This document shows, one piece after another, positions 52,392 to 63,355 of a stretch of 64,000 bases of DNA (position 1 is its first letter; each line of letters opens with the position of its first letter). Position numbers and translations under genes: made by a program. The DNA is taken from the NCBI RefSeq assembly GCF_045037415.1, contig NZ_CP173438.1; one strand, given 5' to 3'. Origin of the DNA: Escherichia coli. GTDB taxonomy: Bacteria > Pseudomonadota > Gammaproteobacteria > Enterobacterales > Enterobacteriaceae. A model generated the notes under the pieces. The model did no database searches. It was given only the letters and a program-made list of their open reading frames with translations, and was not told where the DNA came from.

Positions 52392-53822
52392 GTGCCGCAA
52401 CGCATTTTAGTTCTCGGTGCCAGTGGCTACATTGGTCAACATCTGGTGCACACACTCAGCCAGCAAGGGCATCAGATCCTGGCGGCGGCACGTCACGTCG
52501 ACAGACTTGCAAAACTGCAACTGGCTAATGTCAGTTGCCATAAAGTCGATCTCAACTGGCCGGATAACCTTCCGGTCCTGTTGCAGAATATTGATACTGT
52601 CTATTTTCTGGTGCACAGCATGGGCGAAGGTGGTGATTTTATCGCTCAGGAGCGCCAGGTGGCTCTCAACGTCCGCGATGCGCTGCGCGAAGTACCGGTA
52701 AAGCAAGTCATCTTTCTCAGTTCATTGCAGGCACCGCCTCATGAACAATCTGATCATCTGCGTGCTCGTCAGGCCACGGCGGATATTTTACGTGAAGCGG
52801 GTGTCCCGGTGACCGAACTACGTGCCGGAATTATCGTTGGCGCGGGTTCAGCGGCATTCGAAGTCATGCGCGATATGGTTTACAACCTGCCAGTATTAAC
52901 GCCACCACGCTGGGTACGTTCACGCACTACGCCCATCGCGCTGGAAAACCTGCTGCACTATCTTGTGGCGCTGTTAGATCATCCGGCTTGCGAACATCGC
53001 ATCTTCGAAGCCGCTGGGCCAGAAGTGCTCAGTTATCAGCAACAGTTTGAACATTTTATGGCGGTGAGCGGTAAGCGCCGCTGGTTGCTCCCCATCCCCC
53101 TCCCCACCCGCTGGATTTCGGTGTGGTTTCTTAATGTGATTACTTCAGTACCGCCCACCACCGCCAGAGCGTTGATTCAGGGGCTGAAACACGATCTGCT
53201 GGCGGATGACACCGCGTTACGTGCACTCATTCCACAACCGCTGATCGCTTTCGATGACGCGGTACGTAGCACGTTGAAAGAGGAAGAAAAACTGGTCAAC
53301 TCCAGCGACTGGGGATATGACGCGCAGGCTTTTGCTCGCTGGCGACCAGAATACGGTTATTTTGCCAAACAGGCGGGGTTTACCGTTAAAACGTCTGCCA
53401 GCCTTCAGGCGCTATGGCGGGTGGTCAATCAAATCGGCGGTAAAGAGCGTTATTTCTTTGGCAATATTTTGTGGCAGACACGGGCGTTGATGGACCTTGC
53501 GATCGGTCATAAGCTGGCAAAAGGCCGCCCGGAGCGCGAATATTTACAGACCGGCGATGCTGTGGATAGCTGGAAAGTCATTGTCGTTGAACCGGAAAAA
53601 CAACTTACGTTGTTATTTGGCATGAAAGCGCCGGGGCTGGGACGACTCTGTTTTACCCTGGAAGATAAAGGCGACTATCGTACAATCGATGTCCGTGCTT
53701 TCTGGCATCCGCACGGTATGCCGGGGCTGTTTTACTGGTTATTGATGATCCCCGCGCATCTGTTTATTTTTCGCGGAATGGCAAAACGAATCGCCAGACT
53801 GGCAGAACAAAGCACAGATTAA
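52392..53822 (+). CDS. ybjT: NAD(P)-binding Rossmann-fold protein YbjT
   Basis: GTG start with RBS AAGGAGAG giving [19 protein letters not shown]...; 476 aa. Confidence 0.85.
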   Translation: MPQRILVLGASGYIGQHLVHTLSQQGHQILAAARHVDRLAKLQLANVSCHKVDLNWPDNLPVLLQNIDTVYFLVHSMGEGGDFIAQERQVALNVRDALREVPVKQVIFLSSLQAPPHEQSDHLRARQATADILREAGVPVTELRAGIIVGAGSAAFEVMRDMVYNLPVLTPPRWVRSRTTPIALENLLHYLVALLDHPACEHRIFEAAGPEVLSYQQQFEHFMAVSGKRRWLLPIPLPTRWISVWFLNVITSVPPTTARALIQGLKHDLLADDTALRALIPQPLIAFDDAVRSTLKEEEKLVNSSDWGYDAQAFARWRPEYGYFAKQAGFTVKTSASLQALWRVVNQIGGKERYFFGNILWQTRALMDLAIGHKLAKGRPEREYLQTGDAVDSWKVIVVEPEKQLTLLFGMKAPGLGRLCFTLEDKGDYRTIDVRAFWHPHGMPGLFYWLLMIPAHLFIFRGMAKRIARLAEQSTD

Positions 53823-53920
53823 TCGACAAAACCTGCGTTATTCTTTCATGTTTCCCATTGCATCAAGGGGGAAATCACGGAAGAATGCGCACGTCATTTT
53901 CTCAACAACAGTGGATTGAT

Positions 53921-54934
53921 ATGAAGGTACTGGTTACCGGCGCCACCAGCGGCTTAGGTCGAAACGCGGTAGAGTTTTTATGCCAGAAAGGCATCAGCGT
54001 GCGAGCGACCGGTCGCAACGAGGCAATGGGTAAATTGCTGGAAAAAATGGGCGCAGAGTTTGTTCCGGCGGATCTGACCGAGTTGGTCTCATCACAAGCT
54101 AAAGTGATGCTCGCGGGCATTGATACGCTGTGGCACTGCTCCAGCTTTACCTCGCCCTGGGGGACACAACAGGCTTTCGATCTGGCTAACGTTCGCGCCA
54201 CTCGCCGCCTGGGTGAATGGGCTGTCGCCTGGGGTGTGCGTAACTTTATTCATATCTCTTCTCCCTCCCTGTACTTCGATTATCACCACCATCGCGATAT
54301 TAAAGAAGATTTTCGCCCTCACCGCTTCGCCAACGAGTTTGCCCGCAGCAAAGCAGCCAGCGAAGAAGTGATCAATATGCTTTCGCAGGCGAATCCACAA
54401 ACGCGCTTTACTATTCTGCGCCCACAAAGTCTGTTCGGACCGCACGATAAAGTCTTTATCCCTCGTCTGGCGCATATGATGCATCACTACGGCAGTATTC
54501 TGTTACCGCATGGCGGCAGTGCGCTGGTCGATATGACCTACTATGAAAATGCCGTGCACGCCATGTGGCTGGCAAGCCAGGAAGCGTGCGATAAGCTACC
54601 TTCCGGGCGTGTGTACAACATCACCAACGGCGAGCATCGCACACTGCGCAGCATCGTGCAGAAGCTGATCGACGAGTTGAATATTGACTGTCGTATTCGT
54701 TCGGTTCCTTACCCGATGCTGGATATGATCGCCCGCAGCATGGAGCGTTTAGGCCGCAAGTCAGCAAAAGAGCCGCCGCTGACCCACTACGGCGTCTCCA
54801 AGTTGAATTTTGACTTTACGCTGGATATTACGCGTGCGCAGGAAGAGTTAGGTTATCAGCCAGTCCTCACCCTGGATGAAGGTATCGAGAAAACTGCCGC
54901 CTGGCTGCGCGACCACGGAAAACTGCCGCGCTAA
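53921..54934 (+). CDS. ybjS: NAD-dependent epimerase/dehydratase family protein YbjS
   Basis: [20 protein letters not shown]...; 337 aa. Confidence 0.9.
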   Translation: MKVLVTGATSGLGRNAVEFLCQKGISVRATGRNEAMGKLLEKMGAEFVPADLTELVSSQAKVMLAGIDTLWHCSSFTSPWGTQQAFDLANVRATRRLGEWAVAWGVRNFIHISSPSLYFDYHHHRDIKEDFRPHRFANEFARSKAASEEVINMLSQANPQTRFTILRPQSLFGPHDKVFIPRLAHMMHHYGSILLPHGGSALVDMTYYENAVHAMWLASQEACDKLPSGRVYNITNGEHRTLRSIVQKLIDELNIDCRIRSVPYPMLDMIARSMERLGRKSAKEPPLTHYGVSKLNFDFTLDITRAQEELGYQPVLTLDEGIEKTAAWLRDHGKLPR

Positions 54935-55761
54935 TCCTGCCCGTATTTCTCCAGCAACGCTTCGGCAATCGCCTGAGTTTCTGCATCCGCTTCGCCGTTA
55001 TATAACGTCGGGCGGAAATGCATCTGGAACGCCATAATCACACGCCGCTGCTCGCGCGGAGTCATATCAGGCTTTACGTCATAACCATAACGCGCCAAAA
55101 GCTCCAGCAATGACGCGGTCTCTACCGGTGTGTGCGGCGCGCGCCCGGCAAGGTAAAAGTTCACCCGCTGCGCATCCGGCCAGGCACCAATCCCCTGCTG
55201 TGCCAGTTGCTGCCAGGGAAATAATGGCCCCGGATCGTCTTTGCGCTGTGGCGCAATATCCGCATGTGCTACTACGTTTTCCGGCTTGATGTGATAACGG
55301 GCAATAATATCTTTCGCCAGCGGAATAAGCGCCTGAATCTGTGCCGGTTCAAACGGGGCAAAATATTTCACTCCCGCCGATTTTTGCCAGCCACGGTTTT
55401 CCAGCTCAATGCCAATAGAGGTGTCGTTAAGACGCGTTGCCCCGCGCCAGGCGCTAATCCCCGCATGCCAGGCCAGTTCTTGTTCCGGCACCAGTTGCCA
55501 GATGCGCGGTTTACCGTTGTATCGCGGTGGCACCGCAGGGACCAGATAATGCGAGCTGACCTGCTTATCGGTCAGTGTCGCCAGCGAGCTATCAAAATCA
55601 TCTGCGGTGTAGTGGATCACCAGCACTTTAATGCGCGGATACGCCGCCTGCGCCTGGCGTCGGGTATCAAGCTGATATCCCTCTTTCTCGACAATGCCTT
55701 TTTCGCCTGTGCACCCTGCCAGTAACAGAGCGGCAGCGACCAGCCAGAAGACTCTTCTCAT
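54931..55761 (-). CDS. amiD: N-acetylmuramoyl-L-alanine amidase AmiD (lipoprotein)
   Basis: 276 aa, lipobox LLLAGC, amidase_2 fold motifs. Confidence 0.93.
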
Positions 55762-56081
55762 CGACGCGTTTTCACCGCCGTACCGCTGACGCTAACCATC
55801 AGCATACTGCCGTTTTGCCCGACCGTTTCGTAGTCGATATCAATACCGACGACGGCATCAGCCCCCAGCGCTCGCGCCTGGGAGCCGAGCTCCTCAAAGG
55901 CAATCTCCCGCGCTTTACGCAGTTCTTTTTCGTAGGCACCGGAGCGTCCGCCAACGATATCGCGGATACCGGCAAAGAAATCACGGAAAATATTCGCGCC
56001 TAAAATCGCTTCGCCAGTCACCACACCGCAATATTCAACGATGGTCTGGCCTTCCAGAGTTGGGGTTGTAGAAAATTGCAT
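55758..56081 (-). CDS. ybjQ: YbjQ-family protein (UPF0145)
   Basis: 107 aa, [32 protein letters not shown]... Confidence 0.93.
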
Positions 56082-56206
56082 GATCGATCTCCTTGTTTGC
56101 TAAGCCTTCGATCTTCAAAGCATTATCGGACTGATACGCTATTATTGAAAGGATATCATTATTATCGTAGAACGCTTTCAAGGTGTTCGCTTATAAGGAA
56201 ATCATC

Positions 56207-56722
56207 ATGCGCTATAGCAAATTGACCATGCTTATCCCTTGCGCACTGCTACTCAGTGCCTGTACCACCGTCACGCCAGCTTATAAAGATAACGGCCCCC
56301 GCACCGGTTCCTGTGTCCAGGGGGGGCCTGATAGTGTGGCTCAACAGTTCTATGACTACCGCATTCAACATCGCAGCAATGACATTACCGCTCTGCGCCC
56401 CTATTTGAGTGACAAACTGGCAACCCTACTTAGCGATGCCAGCCGCGATAATAGTCATCGTGAATTGTTAAGCAGCGATCCGTTCTCCAGTCGAACCACC
56501 TTGCCAGACAGCGCCCACGTAGCCAGTGCATCGACTATCCCTAATCGTGATGCCCGTAACATTCCATTGCGCGTGGATCTCAAGCAGGGTGACCAGGGCT
56601 GGCAGGATGAAGTGTTAATGATTCAGGAAGGCCAGTGTTGGGTCATCGACGATGTGCGCTACTTAGGCGGTAGCGTTCATGCCACGGCGGGTACGCTCCG
56701 TCAATCCATCGAGAATCGCTAA
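56207..56722 (+). CDS. ybjP: lipoprotein YbjP
   Basis: MRYSKLTMLIPCALLLSACTT... lipobox LLSAC. Confidence 0.9.
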   Translation: MRYSKLTMLIPCALLLSACTTVTPAYKDNGPRTGSCVQGGPDSVAQQFYDYRIQHRSNDITALRPYLSDKLATLLSDASRDNSHRELLSSDPFSSRTTLPDSAHVASASTIPNRDARNIPLRVDLKQGDQGWQDEVLMIQEGQCWVIDDVRYLGGSVHATAGTLRQSIENR

Positions 56723-56939
56723 CGTCTTGATCAACCAATAAACCCCGTAAATTGTCCGGCATTTCGTGAGGAATGCCGACATTTATGCTCGCCGACCACC
56801 GCCCCCGTTATTTTGTGCTATGTTTATTGAATAATGCGCTTTGCTTTTAACTTTTAAAGCAGAAATATTGCATAATTATTCTGTCAAAGGTACTATCTTC
56901 GACCTCAATAGCTATCAGACTGCCAGTATACGAGTGTCA

Positions 56940-57668
56940 ATGAGTATTCAATTAAACGGCATTAATTGCTTCTACGGCGCGCATCAGGCGCTGTTCGATA
57001 TCACGCTGGATTGCCCGCAGGGCGAAACGCTGGTGTTACTTGGCCCCAGCGGCGCGGGTAAAAGCTCGCTGCTGCGTGTACTCAATCTGCTTGAGATGCC
57101 GCGCTCCGGTACGCTCAACATTGCAGGCAACCATTTCGATTTCACCAAAACCCCCTCTGACAAAGCGATTCGCGATTTGCGTCGTAACGTTGGCATGGTG
57201 TTTCAGCAATACAACCTGTGGCCGCATCTGACCGTGCAGCAAAACCTGATTGAAGCGCCCTGCCGTGTACTGGGGCTGAGTAAAGATCAGGCGCTGGCCC
57301 GTGCAGAAAAACTGCTGGAACGTCTGCGTCTTAAACCTTATAGCGATCGTTACCCGCTGCATCTTTCTGGTGGTCAGCAGCAGCGTGTTGCTATTGCCCG
57401 TGCGTTGATGATGGAACCGCAGGTACTGCTGTTCGATGAACCGACCGCCGCACTGGACCCCGAAATTACGGCACAAATCGTCAGCATCATTCGTGAGCTG
57501 GCAGAAACGAATATTACCCAGGTGATCGTCACCCACGAAGTTGAAGTGGCGCGTAAAACCGCCAGCCGAGTGGTGTATATGGAAAACGGTCATATCGTAG
57601 AACAAGGCGACGCGAGCTGCTTTACCGAGCCGCAAACCGAAGCATTTAAAAACTATCTCTCTCACTAA
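56940..57668 (+). CDS. artP: arginine ABC transporter ATP-binding protein
   Basis: [45 protein letters not shown]... Confidence 0.96.
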
Positions 57669-57685
57669 GATTCGGGATAACAACA

Positions 57686-58417
57686 ATGAAAAAAGTTCTG
57701 ATTGCCGCGTTAATTGCAGGTTTTAGTCTTTCCGCCACAGCAGCCGAAACCATTCGTTTTGCCACCGAAGCCTCCTATCCTCCGTTTGAATCGATTGATG
57801 CAAACAACCAGATCGTTGGTTTTGATGTCGACCTGGCGCAGGCATTGTGTAAAGAGATTGATGCAACCTGCACTTTCTCTAACCAGGCGTTTGACAGCCT
57901 GATCCCAAGCCTGAAATTCCGTCGCGTAGAAGCAGTGATGGCGGGCATGGATATCACTCCGGAGCGTGAAAAGCAGGTGCTGTTTACCACCCCGTACTAT
58001 GACAACTCTGCCCTGTTTGTGGGTCAGCAAGGCAAATACACCAGTGTTGATCAGCTGAAAGGCAAAAAAGTTGGCGTTCAGAACGGGACGACACACCAGA
58101 AGTTCATTATGGATAAGCATCCGGAAATCACTACCGTGCCATATGACAGTTACCAGAACGCAAAACTGGATCTGCAAAACGGTCGTATCGACAGCGTATT
58201 TGGTGACACCGCAGTGGTAACTGAATGGCTGAAAGATAACCCGAAACTGGCGGCAGTGGGCGATAAAGTGACCGATAAAGATTACTTCGGTACTGGCCTC
58301 GGCATCGCAGTACGCCAGGGCAACACTGAACTGCAGCAGAAATTCAACACTGCGCTGGAAAAAGTGAAGAAAGATGGCACTTACGAAACCATCTACAACA
58401 AATGGTTCCAGAAGTAA
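57686..58417 (+). CDS. artI: arginine-binding periplasmic protein ArtI
   Basis: 243 aa, signal peptide then ..ETIRFATEASYPPFESID.. ; paralog of artJ. Confidence 0.95.
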   Translation: MKKVLIAALIAGFSLSATAAETIRFATEASYPPFESIDANNQIVGFDVDLAQALCKEIDATCTFSNQAFDSLIPSLKFRRVEAVMAGMDITPEREKQVLFTTPYYDNSALFVGQQGKYTSVDQLKGKKVGVQNGTTHQKFIMDKHPEITTVPYDSYQNAKLDLQNGRIDSVFGDTAVVTEWLKDNPKLAAVGDKVTDKDYFGTGLGIAVRQGNTELQQKFNTALEKVKKDGTYETIYNKWFQK

Positions 58418-58423
58418 TTCCTG

Positions 58424-59140
58424 ATGAATGAATTTTTTCCTTTAGCAAGCGCCGCCGGGATGACCGTCGGCCTTGCCGTTTGTGCATTGATTGTCGGGCT
58501 GGCGCTGGCGATGTTCTTTGCGGTATGGGAGTCTGCGAAATGGCGTCCTGTCGCGTGGGCAGGTTCAGCGCTGGTAACCATTCTGCGTGGCCTGCCAGAA
58601 ATTCTGGTGGTGCTGTTTATCTATTTTGGCTCCTCGCAGCTGCTGCTGACGCTTTCGGATGGCTTCACTATCAATCTTGGGTTCGTGCAGATCCCGGTGC
58701 AGATGGACATTGAGAACTTCGACGTTAGCCCGTTCCTTTGTGGTGTCATCGCTCTGTCACTGCTGTATGCCGCCTATGCCTCGCAAACGCTGCGTGGTGC
58801 ATTAAAAGCGGTGCCGGTGGGGCAGTGGGAATCCGGTCAGGCGCTGGGGCTGTCGAAATCGGCTATCTTTTTCCGTCTGGTGATGCCGCAGATGTGGCGT
58901 CATGCGCTGCCGGGTCTCGGTAACCAGTGGCTGGTGCTGCTGAAAGATACCGCGCTGGTCAGTTTGATTAGTGTGAATGATTTAATGCTACAAACCAAAA
59001 GCATCGCTACCCGTACCCAGGAACCGTTTACCTGGTACATTGTGGCGGCGGCGATTTACCTGGTGATCACCCTGCTCAGTCAGTACATTCTCAAACGCAT
59101 TGACCTGCGCGCGACACGTTTTGAGCGGAGGCCCAGCTAA
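58424..59140 (+). CDS. artQ: arginine ABC transporter permease ArtQ
   Basis: 238 aa polytopic permease. Confidence 0.95.
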
Positions 59141-59808
59141 TGTTTGAGTATTTACCCGAACTGATGAAAGGGCTGCACACCAGCCTGACGCTAACCGTTG
59201 CCTCGCTGATTGTGGCACTGATTCTGGCATTGATTTTTACCATCATCCTGACGCTGAAAACGCCGGTGCTGGTGTGGCTGGTACGGGGCTATATCACGCT
59301 GTTTACCGGTACGCCGCTGCTGGTGCAGATCTTCCTGATTTATTACGGGCCGGGCCAGTTCCCGACGTTGCAGGAGTATCCGGCACTGTGGCATTTGTTG
59401 TCAGAACCGTGGTTATGTGCGCTGATTGCGTTGTCGCTGAACAGTGCGGCGTACACCACGCAGCTGTTTTACGGTGCGATTCGCGCGATCCCGGAAGGTC
59501 AATGGCAGTCCTGTAGCGCCCTGGGAATGAGCAAAAAAGATACGCTGGCGATCCTGCTGCCGTACGCGTTTAAACGCTCGCTCTCTTCTTATTCCAACGA
59601 AGTGGTGCTGGTGTTCAAAAGTACCTCTCTGGCTTACACCATTACGCTCATGGAAGTGATGGGATACAGCCAGTTGTTGTACGGACGCACCTACGATGTA
59701 ATGGTATTTGGCGCGGCGGGGATTATTTACCTGGTCGTCAACGGCCTGCTGACGCTGATGATGCGTCTGATCGAGCGTAAAGCACTGGCATTCGAACGGC
59801 GGAATTAA
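59140..59808 (+). CDS. artM: arginine ABC transporter permease ArtM
   Basis: 222 aa polytopic permease, ATGA overlap with artQ. Confidence 0.95.
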   Translation: MFEYLPELMKGLHTSLTLTVASLIVALILALIFTIILTLKTPVLVWLVRGYITLFTGTPLLVQIFLIYYGPGQFPTLQEYPALWHLLSEPWLCALIALSLNSAAYTTQLFYGAIRAIPEGQWQSCSALGMSKKDTLAILLPYAFKRSLSSYSNEVVLVFKSTSLAYTITLMEVMGYSQLLYGRTYDVMVFGAAGIIYLVVNGLLTLMMRLIERKALAFERRN

Positions 59809-59825
59809 TGTAGCTGCATGCTGAT

Positions 59826-59860
59826 GCCGGATGCGGCGTGGACGCCTTATCCGGCCTACA
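59826..59860. repeat. REP element downstream of artM
   Basis: GCCGGATGCGGCGTGGACGCCTTATCCGGCCTACA, canonical E. coli REP-like sequence. Confidence 0.8.
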
Positions 59861-59883
59861 TAGTGCATAAATTCTTATTATGA

Positions 59884-59918
59884 AGACGGACAACCCACTA
59901 AGCTGTCCGTCTTTTTTT
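59884..59918 (+). terminator. rho-independent terminator of artPIQM operon
   Basis: AGACGGACAACCCACTAAGCTGTCCGTC + TTTTTTT. Confidence 0.7.
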
Positions 59919-59935
59919 ATTTCATATAAATTATT

Positions 59936-59953
59936 TACTCATATTTATTGCAT
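59936..59953 (+). promoter_or_regulatory. candidate ARG box (ArgR operator) upstream of artJ
   Basis: TATTGCATATAAATTCAC approximates the ARG-box palindrome (TGAAT-N-ATTCA half-sites). Confidence 0.35.
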
Positions 59954-60033
59954 ATAAATTCACTTAATGGCATTGTTATCCCATGCCGCAGACACGGCCA
60001 AAAATCATAAGATTGACAGACGGGAGTTCCATC

Positions 60034-60765
60034 ATGAAAAAGTTAGTTCTTGCCGCTTTACTTGCTTCTTTTACTTTCGGTGCTTCTGCCGCAGAGAAAA
60101 TCAATTTTGGCGTTTCAGCCACCTATCCACCCTTTGAATCTATAGGTGCTAATAATGAGATTGTCGGCTTTGATATCGACCTGGCAAAAGCCTTGTGCAA
60201 ACAAATGCAGGCAGAATGTACTTTTACTAATCACGCTTTCGACAGCCTGATCCCGTCACTGAAATTCAGAAAATATGACGCCGTAATCTCCGGAATGGAT
60301 ATCACGCCGGAGCGTAGCAAACAGGTATCGTTTACCACGCCCTACTACGAAAACTCAGCCGTCGTGATTGCCAAAAAAGATACCTACAAAACGTTTGCCG
60401 ATCTGAAAGGCAAACGTATTGGGATGGAAAACGGCACCACGCACCAGAAATATATTCAGGATCAGCACCCGGAAGTGAAAACTGTCTCCTATGACAGTTA
60501 TCAGAATGCCTTTATCGATCTGAAAAATGGCCGTATTGATGGCGTATTTGGTGACACCGCAGTGGTAAACGAATGGCTGAAAACCAATCCGCAACTGGGC
60601 GTTGCTACTGAAAAAGTGACCGATCCGCAATACTTCGGCACCGGCCTGGGTATCGCTGTACGTCCGGATAACAAAGCTCTGCTGGAAAAACTGAATAACG
60701 CGCTGGCAGCAATTAAAGCTGACGGTACATATCAGAAAATCAATGACCAGTGGTTCCCACAGTAA
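60034..60765 (+). CDS. artJ: arginine-binding periplasmic protein ArtJ
   Basis: MKKLVLAALLASFTFGASAAEKINFGVSATYPPFESIGANNEIVGFDIDLAKALCKQ... Confidence 0.96.
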   Translation: MKKLVLAALLASFTFGASAAEKINFGVSATYPPFESIGANNEIVGFDIDLAKALCKQMQAECTFTNHAFDSLIPSLKFRKYDAVISGMDITPERSKQVSFTTPYYENSAVVIAKKDTYKTFADLKGKRIGMENGTTHQKYIQDQHPEVKTVSYDSYQNAFIDLKNGRIDGVFGDTAVVNEWLKTNPQLGVATEKVTDPQYFGTGLGIAVRPDNKALLEKLNNALAAIKADGTYQKINDQWFPQ

Positions 60766-60772
60766 GATTCAG

Positions 60773-60798
60773 AAAGCCGCACCTGCGGCTTTTTTATT
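60773..60798. terminator. bidirectional terminator between artJ and rlmC
   Basis: AAAGCCGCACCTGCGGCTTTTTTATT. Confidence 0.6.
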
Positions 60799-61921
60799 GC
60801 TTCACCAGTAGCGTCAGCACTTCATAGTGCGCGGTGTGCGGGAACATATCAAAAAGCTGTACCCGTTCGATGCGATAACCAGGCAGTTCGCGGATATCTT
60901 TCGCCATAGTTTGGGCGTTACAGCTGGAGTAGATAATAAAACGCGGTGCCATCGTTGAGAGATAATCACACAGCGGTTTACCGATGCCGCGGCGCGGCGG
61001 GTTAACCAGCACCAGCTCCGGCACTTCCCCCTGAGCGGTGGCAAACTGCGTAGAGTCCAGCGCCTGAAATTGCAAACGCGTTAAGCCCAGTTCAGCGGCT
61101 GACTGCTTCGCACAGGCAATGGCCTCTGGTGCAATTTCGATCCCGGTTAACTGCATGTCAGGCGTCGCGCAGTGTAAACCAAAGCCACCCACACCGCAGA
61201 ACAGATCCCACATATGTTTAACCGGCAGCTGTCGTACCCAGTCGCGCGCGGTGGCGTACAGCTGGCTGGCGACCGCCGGATTAGTCTGGAAGAAACTTTG
61301 CGGACGGATCCACAGCGGTACGTCATTAAAACGCTCTGCCAGTGCCTGTTGTTCGGTCAGGTAGATCTCCGTCTCCCCTTCCATAATCGCCATATGTACC
61401 GGCTGAATATTGACGGTAATAACTTTCAGCTGCGGTAATTGTTCCTGTAACCACGGCAGCGCCTTACGCAATTGCGCCAGTTTGGTATCAGAACGCAGTA
61501 CAAAACGCAGCATCATGCCACCATCGCTCTGGCTTTCAGTCAGCAGAATGTATTTCAGTTCACCACGTTTACGCGCCACGTTGTAGGGCGTTAACCCCGC
61601 ACGGGCGATAAACGGTTTTAGCGCCGCAAAAACGGGCGCAAATGAGGCTGGATAAAGCGGGCAGTCACAAAGGTCTTCCGGTGTACCATCTCGATGCAGC
61701 ATACCGAGCAGTGGTTTTTCAACGCTACCACTCACCACCATTTTGGCTTTATTACGAAACCCTTGTTCCGGGCCTGACACCGGCGCACACCATTCCTCAA
61801 CCGGAAAATCGGCGAGCAGATTTTTAAGATCGGCAGTTTTAGCGGAGAGTTGCTCTGGAATCGGCTGCGTTATCCACTGACAGGAACGACAGCGACCCGC
61901 GTCGTAAAGTGCGCACTGCAT
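60794..61921 (-). CDS. rlmC: 23S rRNA (uracil747-C5)-methyltransferase
   Basis: 375 aa, [20 protein letters not shown]... N-terminal Cys cluster + SAM-MTase. Confidence 0.95.
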   Translation of the reverse strand: MQCALYDAGRCRSCQWITQPIPEQLSAKTADLKNLLADFPVEEWCAPVSGPEQGFRNKAKMVVSGSVEKPLLGMLHRDGTPEDLCDCPLYPASFAPVFAALKPFIARAGLTPYNVARKRGELKYILLTESQSDGGMMLRFVLRSDTKLAQLRKALPWLQEQLPQLKVITVNIQPVHMAIMEGETEIYLTEQQALAERFNDVPLWIRPQSFFQTNPAVASQLYATARDWVRQLPVKHMWDLFCGVGGFGLHCATPDMQLTGIEIAPEAIACAKQSAAELGLTRLQFQALDSTQFATAQGEVPELVLVNPPRRGIGKPLCDYLSTMAPRFIIYSSCNAQTMAKDIRELPGYRIERVQLFDMFPHTAHYEVLTLLVKQ

Positions 61922-61961
61922 ACATTGACCTTCACATCATCAGGGGCGACGATTATACACA

Positions 61962-62450
61962 TTATTGCAACTGGAAGAACCGCCGACTGGTCGAGGGAAC
62001 GAACAGCAGCATCAGGATGAGCATATCCGGCAGCTTCTGCAGCATCAGGCTATGGAAGATTTCACGTTTTGATTCACCGGGAATGCTGAACAGCTCCGGA
62101 TAACCATACCCCAGCGAAGCCGCCCACAAGTAACTTGCGGCTGTGATTTGTGTCAACAGATACAGCCAGCGCGCCCAGCGACGCCCTTTCACCAGTGAAA
62201 ACGCACACCAGATCTCAATGAAAACCAGCACCAGACTGCTCAAAAAGACCAGCGTTAAACTCCAGGTTTGTACGCTGCGATGAATGAACTCGCCAATACC
62301 GCGCACGCCCAGCGTATTGAAAATCATCAGCACGTCGAGGCCACGGATCATAATAATGGCGAGCGCCGCCACCTGCACCAGCGCAGGCACATTCAGGCGA
62401 GCATGAGATGAAGATGTTTTCTTAAAAAATCCCAACGTTTCGTCTTCCAT
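61962..62450 (-). CDS. ybjO: inner-membrane protein YbjO
   Basis: 162 aa, hydrophobic segments; conserved position between rlmC and potI. Confidence 0.88.
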   Translation of the reverse strand: MEDETLGFFKKTSSSHARLNVPALVQVAALAIIMIRGLDVLMIFNTLGVRGIGEFIHRSVQTWSLTLVFLSSLVLVFIEIWCAFSLVKGRRWARWLYLLTQITAASYLWAASLGYGYPELFSIPGESKREIFHSLMLQKLPDMLILMLLFVPSTSRRFFQLQ

Positions 62451-62456
62451 GAAAAC

Positions 62457-62480
62457 AATGCCGCGACATGCGCGGCATTA
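62457..62480 (-). terminator. probable terminator of pot operon
   Basis: AATGCCGCGACATGCGCGGCATTA hairpin downstream of potI stop. Confidence 0.45.
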
Positions 62481-62509
62481 TGTAGCCAGGTTGGCAAATT
62501 TTAGTGTCT

Positions 62510-63355
62510 TCAGCCACGTCTTGCACGCTGGATGTCGCGTATCCGCTGTTTTTCTGCGCGCGCCATCAGATACCAGGCGATAAATCCGACAATTCCGACC
62601 GCGCCGAGGATCAATGTTGCCAGGGCGTTGATTTCCGGATTCACCCCCATCCGCACGCTGGAAAAGACCAGCATCGGTAATGTGGTGGCTCCCGGCCCGG
62701 AAACAAAGCTGGCGATCACCAGATCATCAAGCGACAAAGTAAAAGCCAGTAACCAGCCAGAAATGATCGCGGGCATGATCATCGGTAGCGTAATGACAAA
62801 AAACACTTTCAGCGGCGTCGCACCGAGATCCATCGCGGCTTCTTCTATCGAGCGATCCAGTTCCCGCAGACGCGACGAAATAACGACTGCCACATAAGCC
62901 GTACAGAAAGTGACATGCGCCAGCCAGATGGTGAGCATACCGCGGTCCGCAGGCCAGCCAATAGCATGAGCAAGCGCGACGAATAACAACAACAGCGACA
63001 AACCCGTGATGACATCTGGCATTACCAGCGGTGCGGTGATCATGAAGGCAAAACCATTTGATCCGCGAAACCTGCCAAAGCGCACCAGCACGACCGCCGC
63101 AATAGTCCCGAGGATCGCCGCCGCCGTCGCCGCACAGGCCGCAATTGTCAGACTTAAAGCAACCGCACTCATCATCGCGTCATCGCGCAATAATTCGCCA
63201 TACCAGCGCGTTGACCAGCCGGCCCACACCGTCACTAGCTTCGAGCTGTTAAACGAATAGATAACAAGCATCAGCATTGGCGCGTAGAGAAAGGTGAAGC
63301 CCAACAGCAAAATCACAATCCGCCAGGGCGAACGAACCACCGGTAAATTATTCAT
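62510..63355 (-). CDS. potI: putrescine ABC transporter permease PotI
   Basis: MNNLPVVRSPWRIVILLLGFTFLYAPMLMLVIYSF...; start placed at MNNLPVV (ORF track extends 14 codons upstream). Confidence 0.93.
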   Translation of the reverse strand: MNNLPVVRSPWRIVILLLGFTFLYAPMLMLVIYSFNSSKLVTVWAGWSTRWYGELLRDDAMMSAVALSLTIAACAATAAAILGTIAAVVLVRFGRFRGSNGFAFMITAPLVMPDVITGLSLLLLFVALAHAIGWPADRGMLTIWLAHVTFCTAYVAVVISSRLRELDRSIEEAAMDLGATPLKVFFVITLPMIMPAIISGWLLAFTLSLDDLVIASFVSGPGATTLPMLVFSSVRMGVNPEINALATLILGAVGIVGFIAWYLMARAEKQRIRDIQRARRG

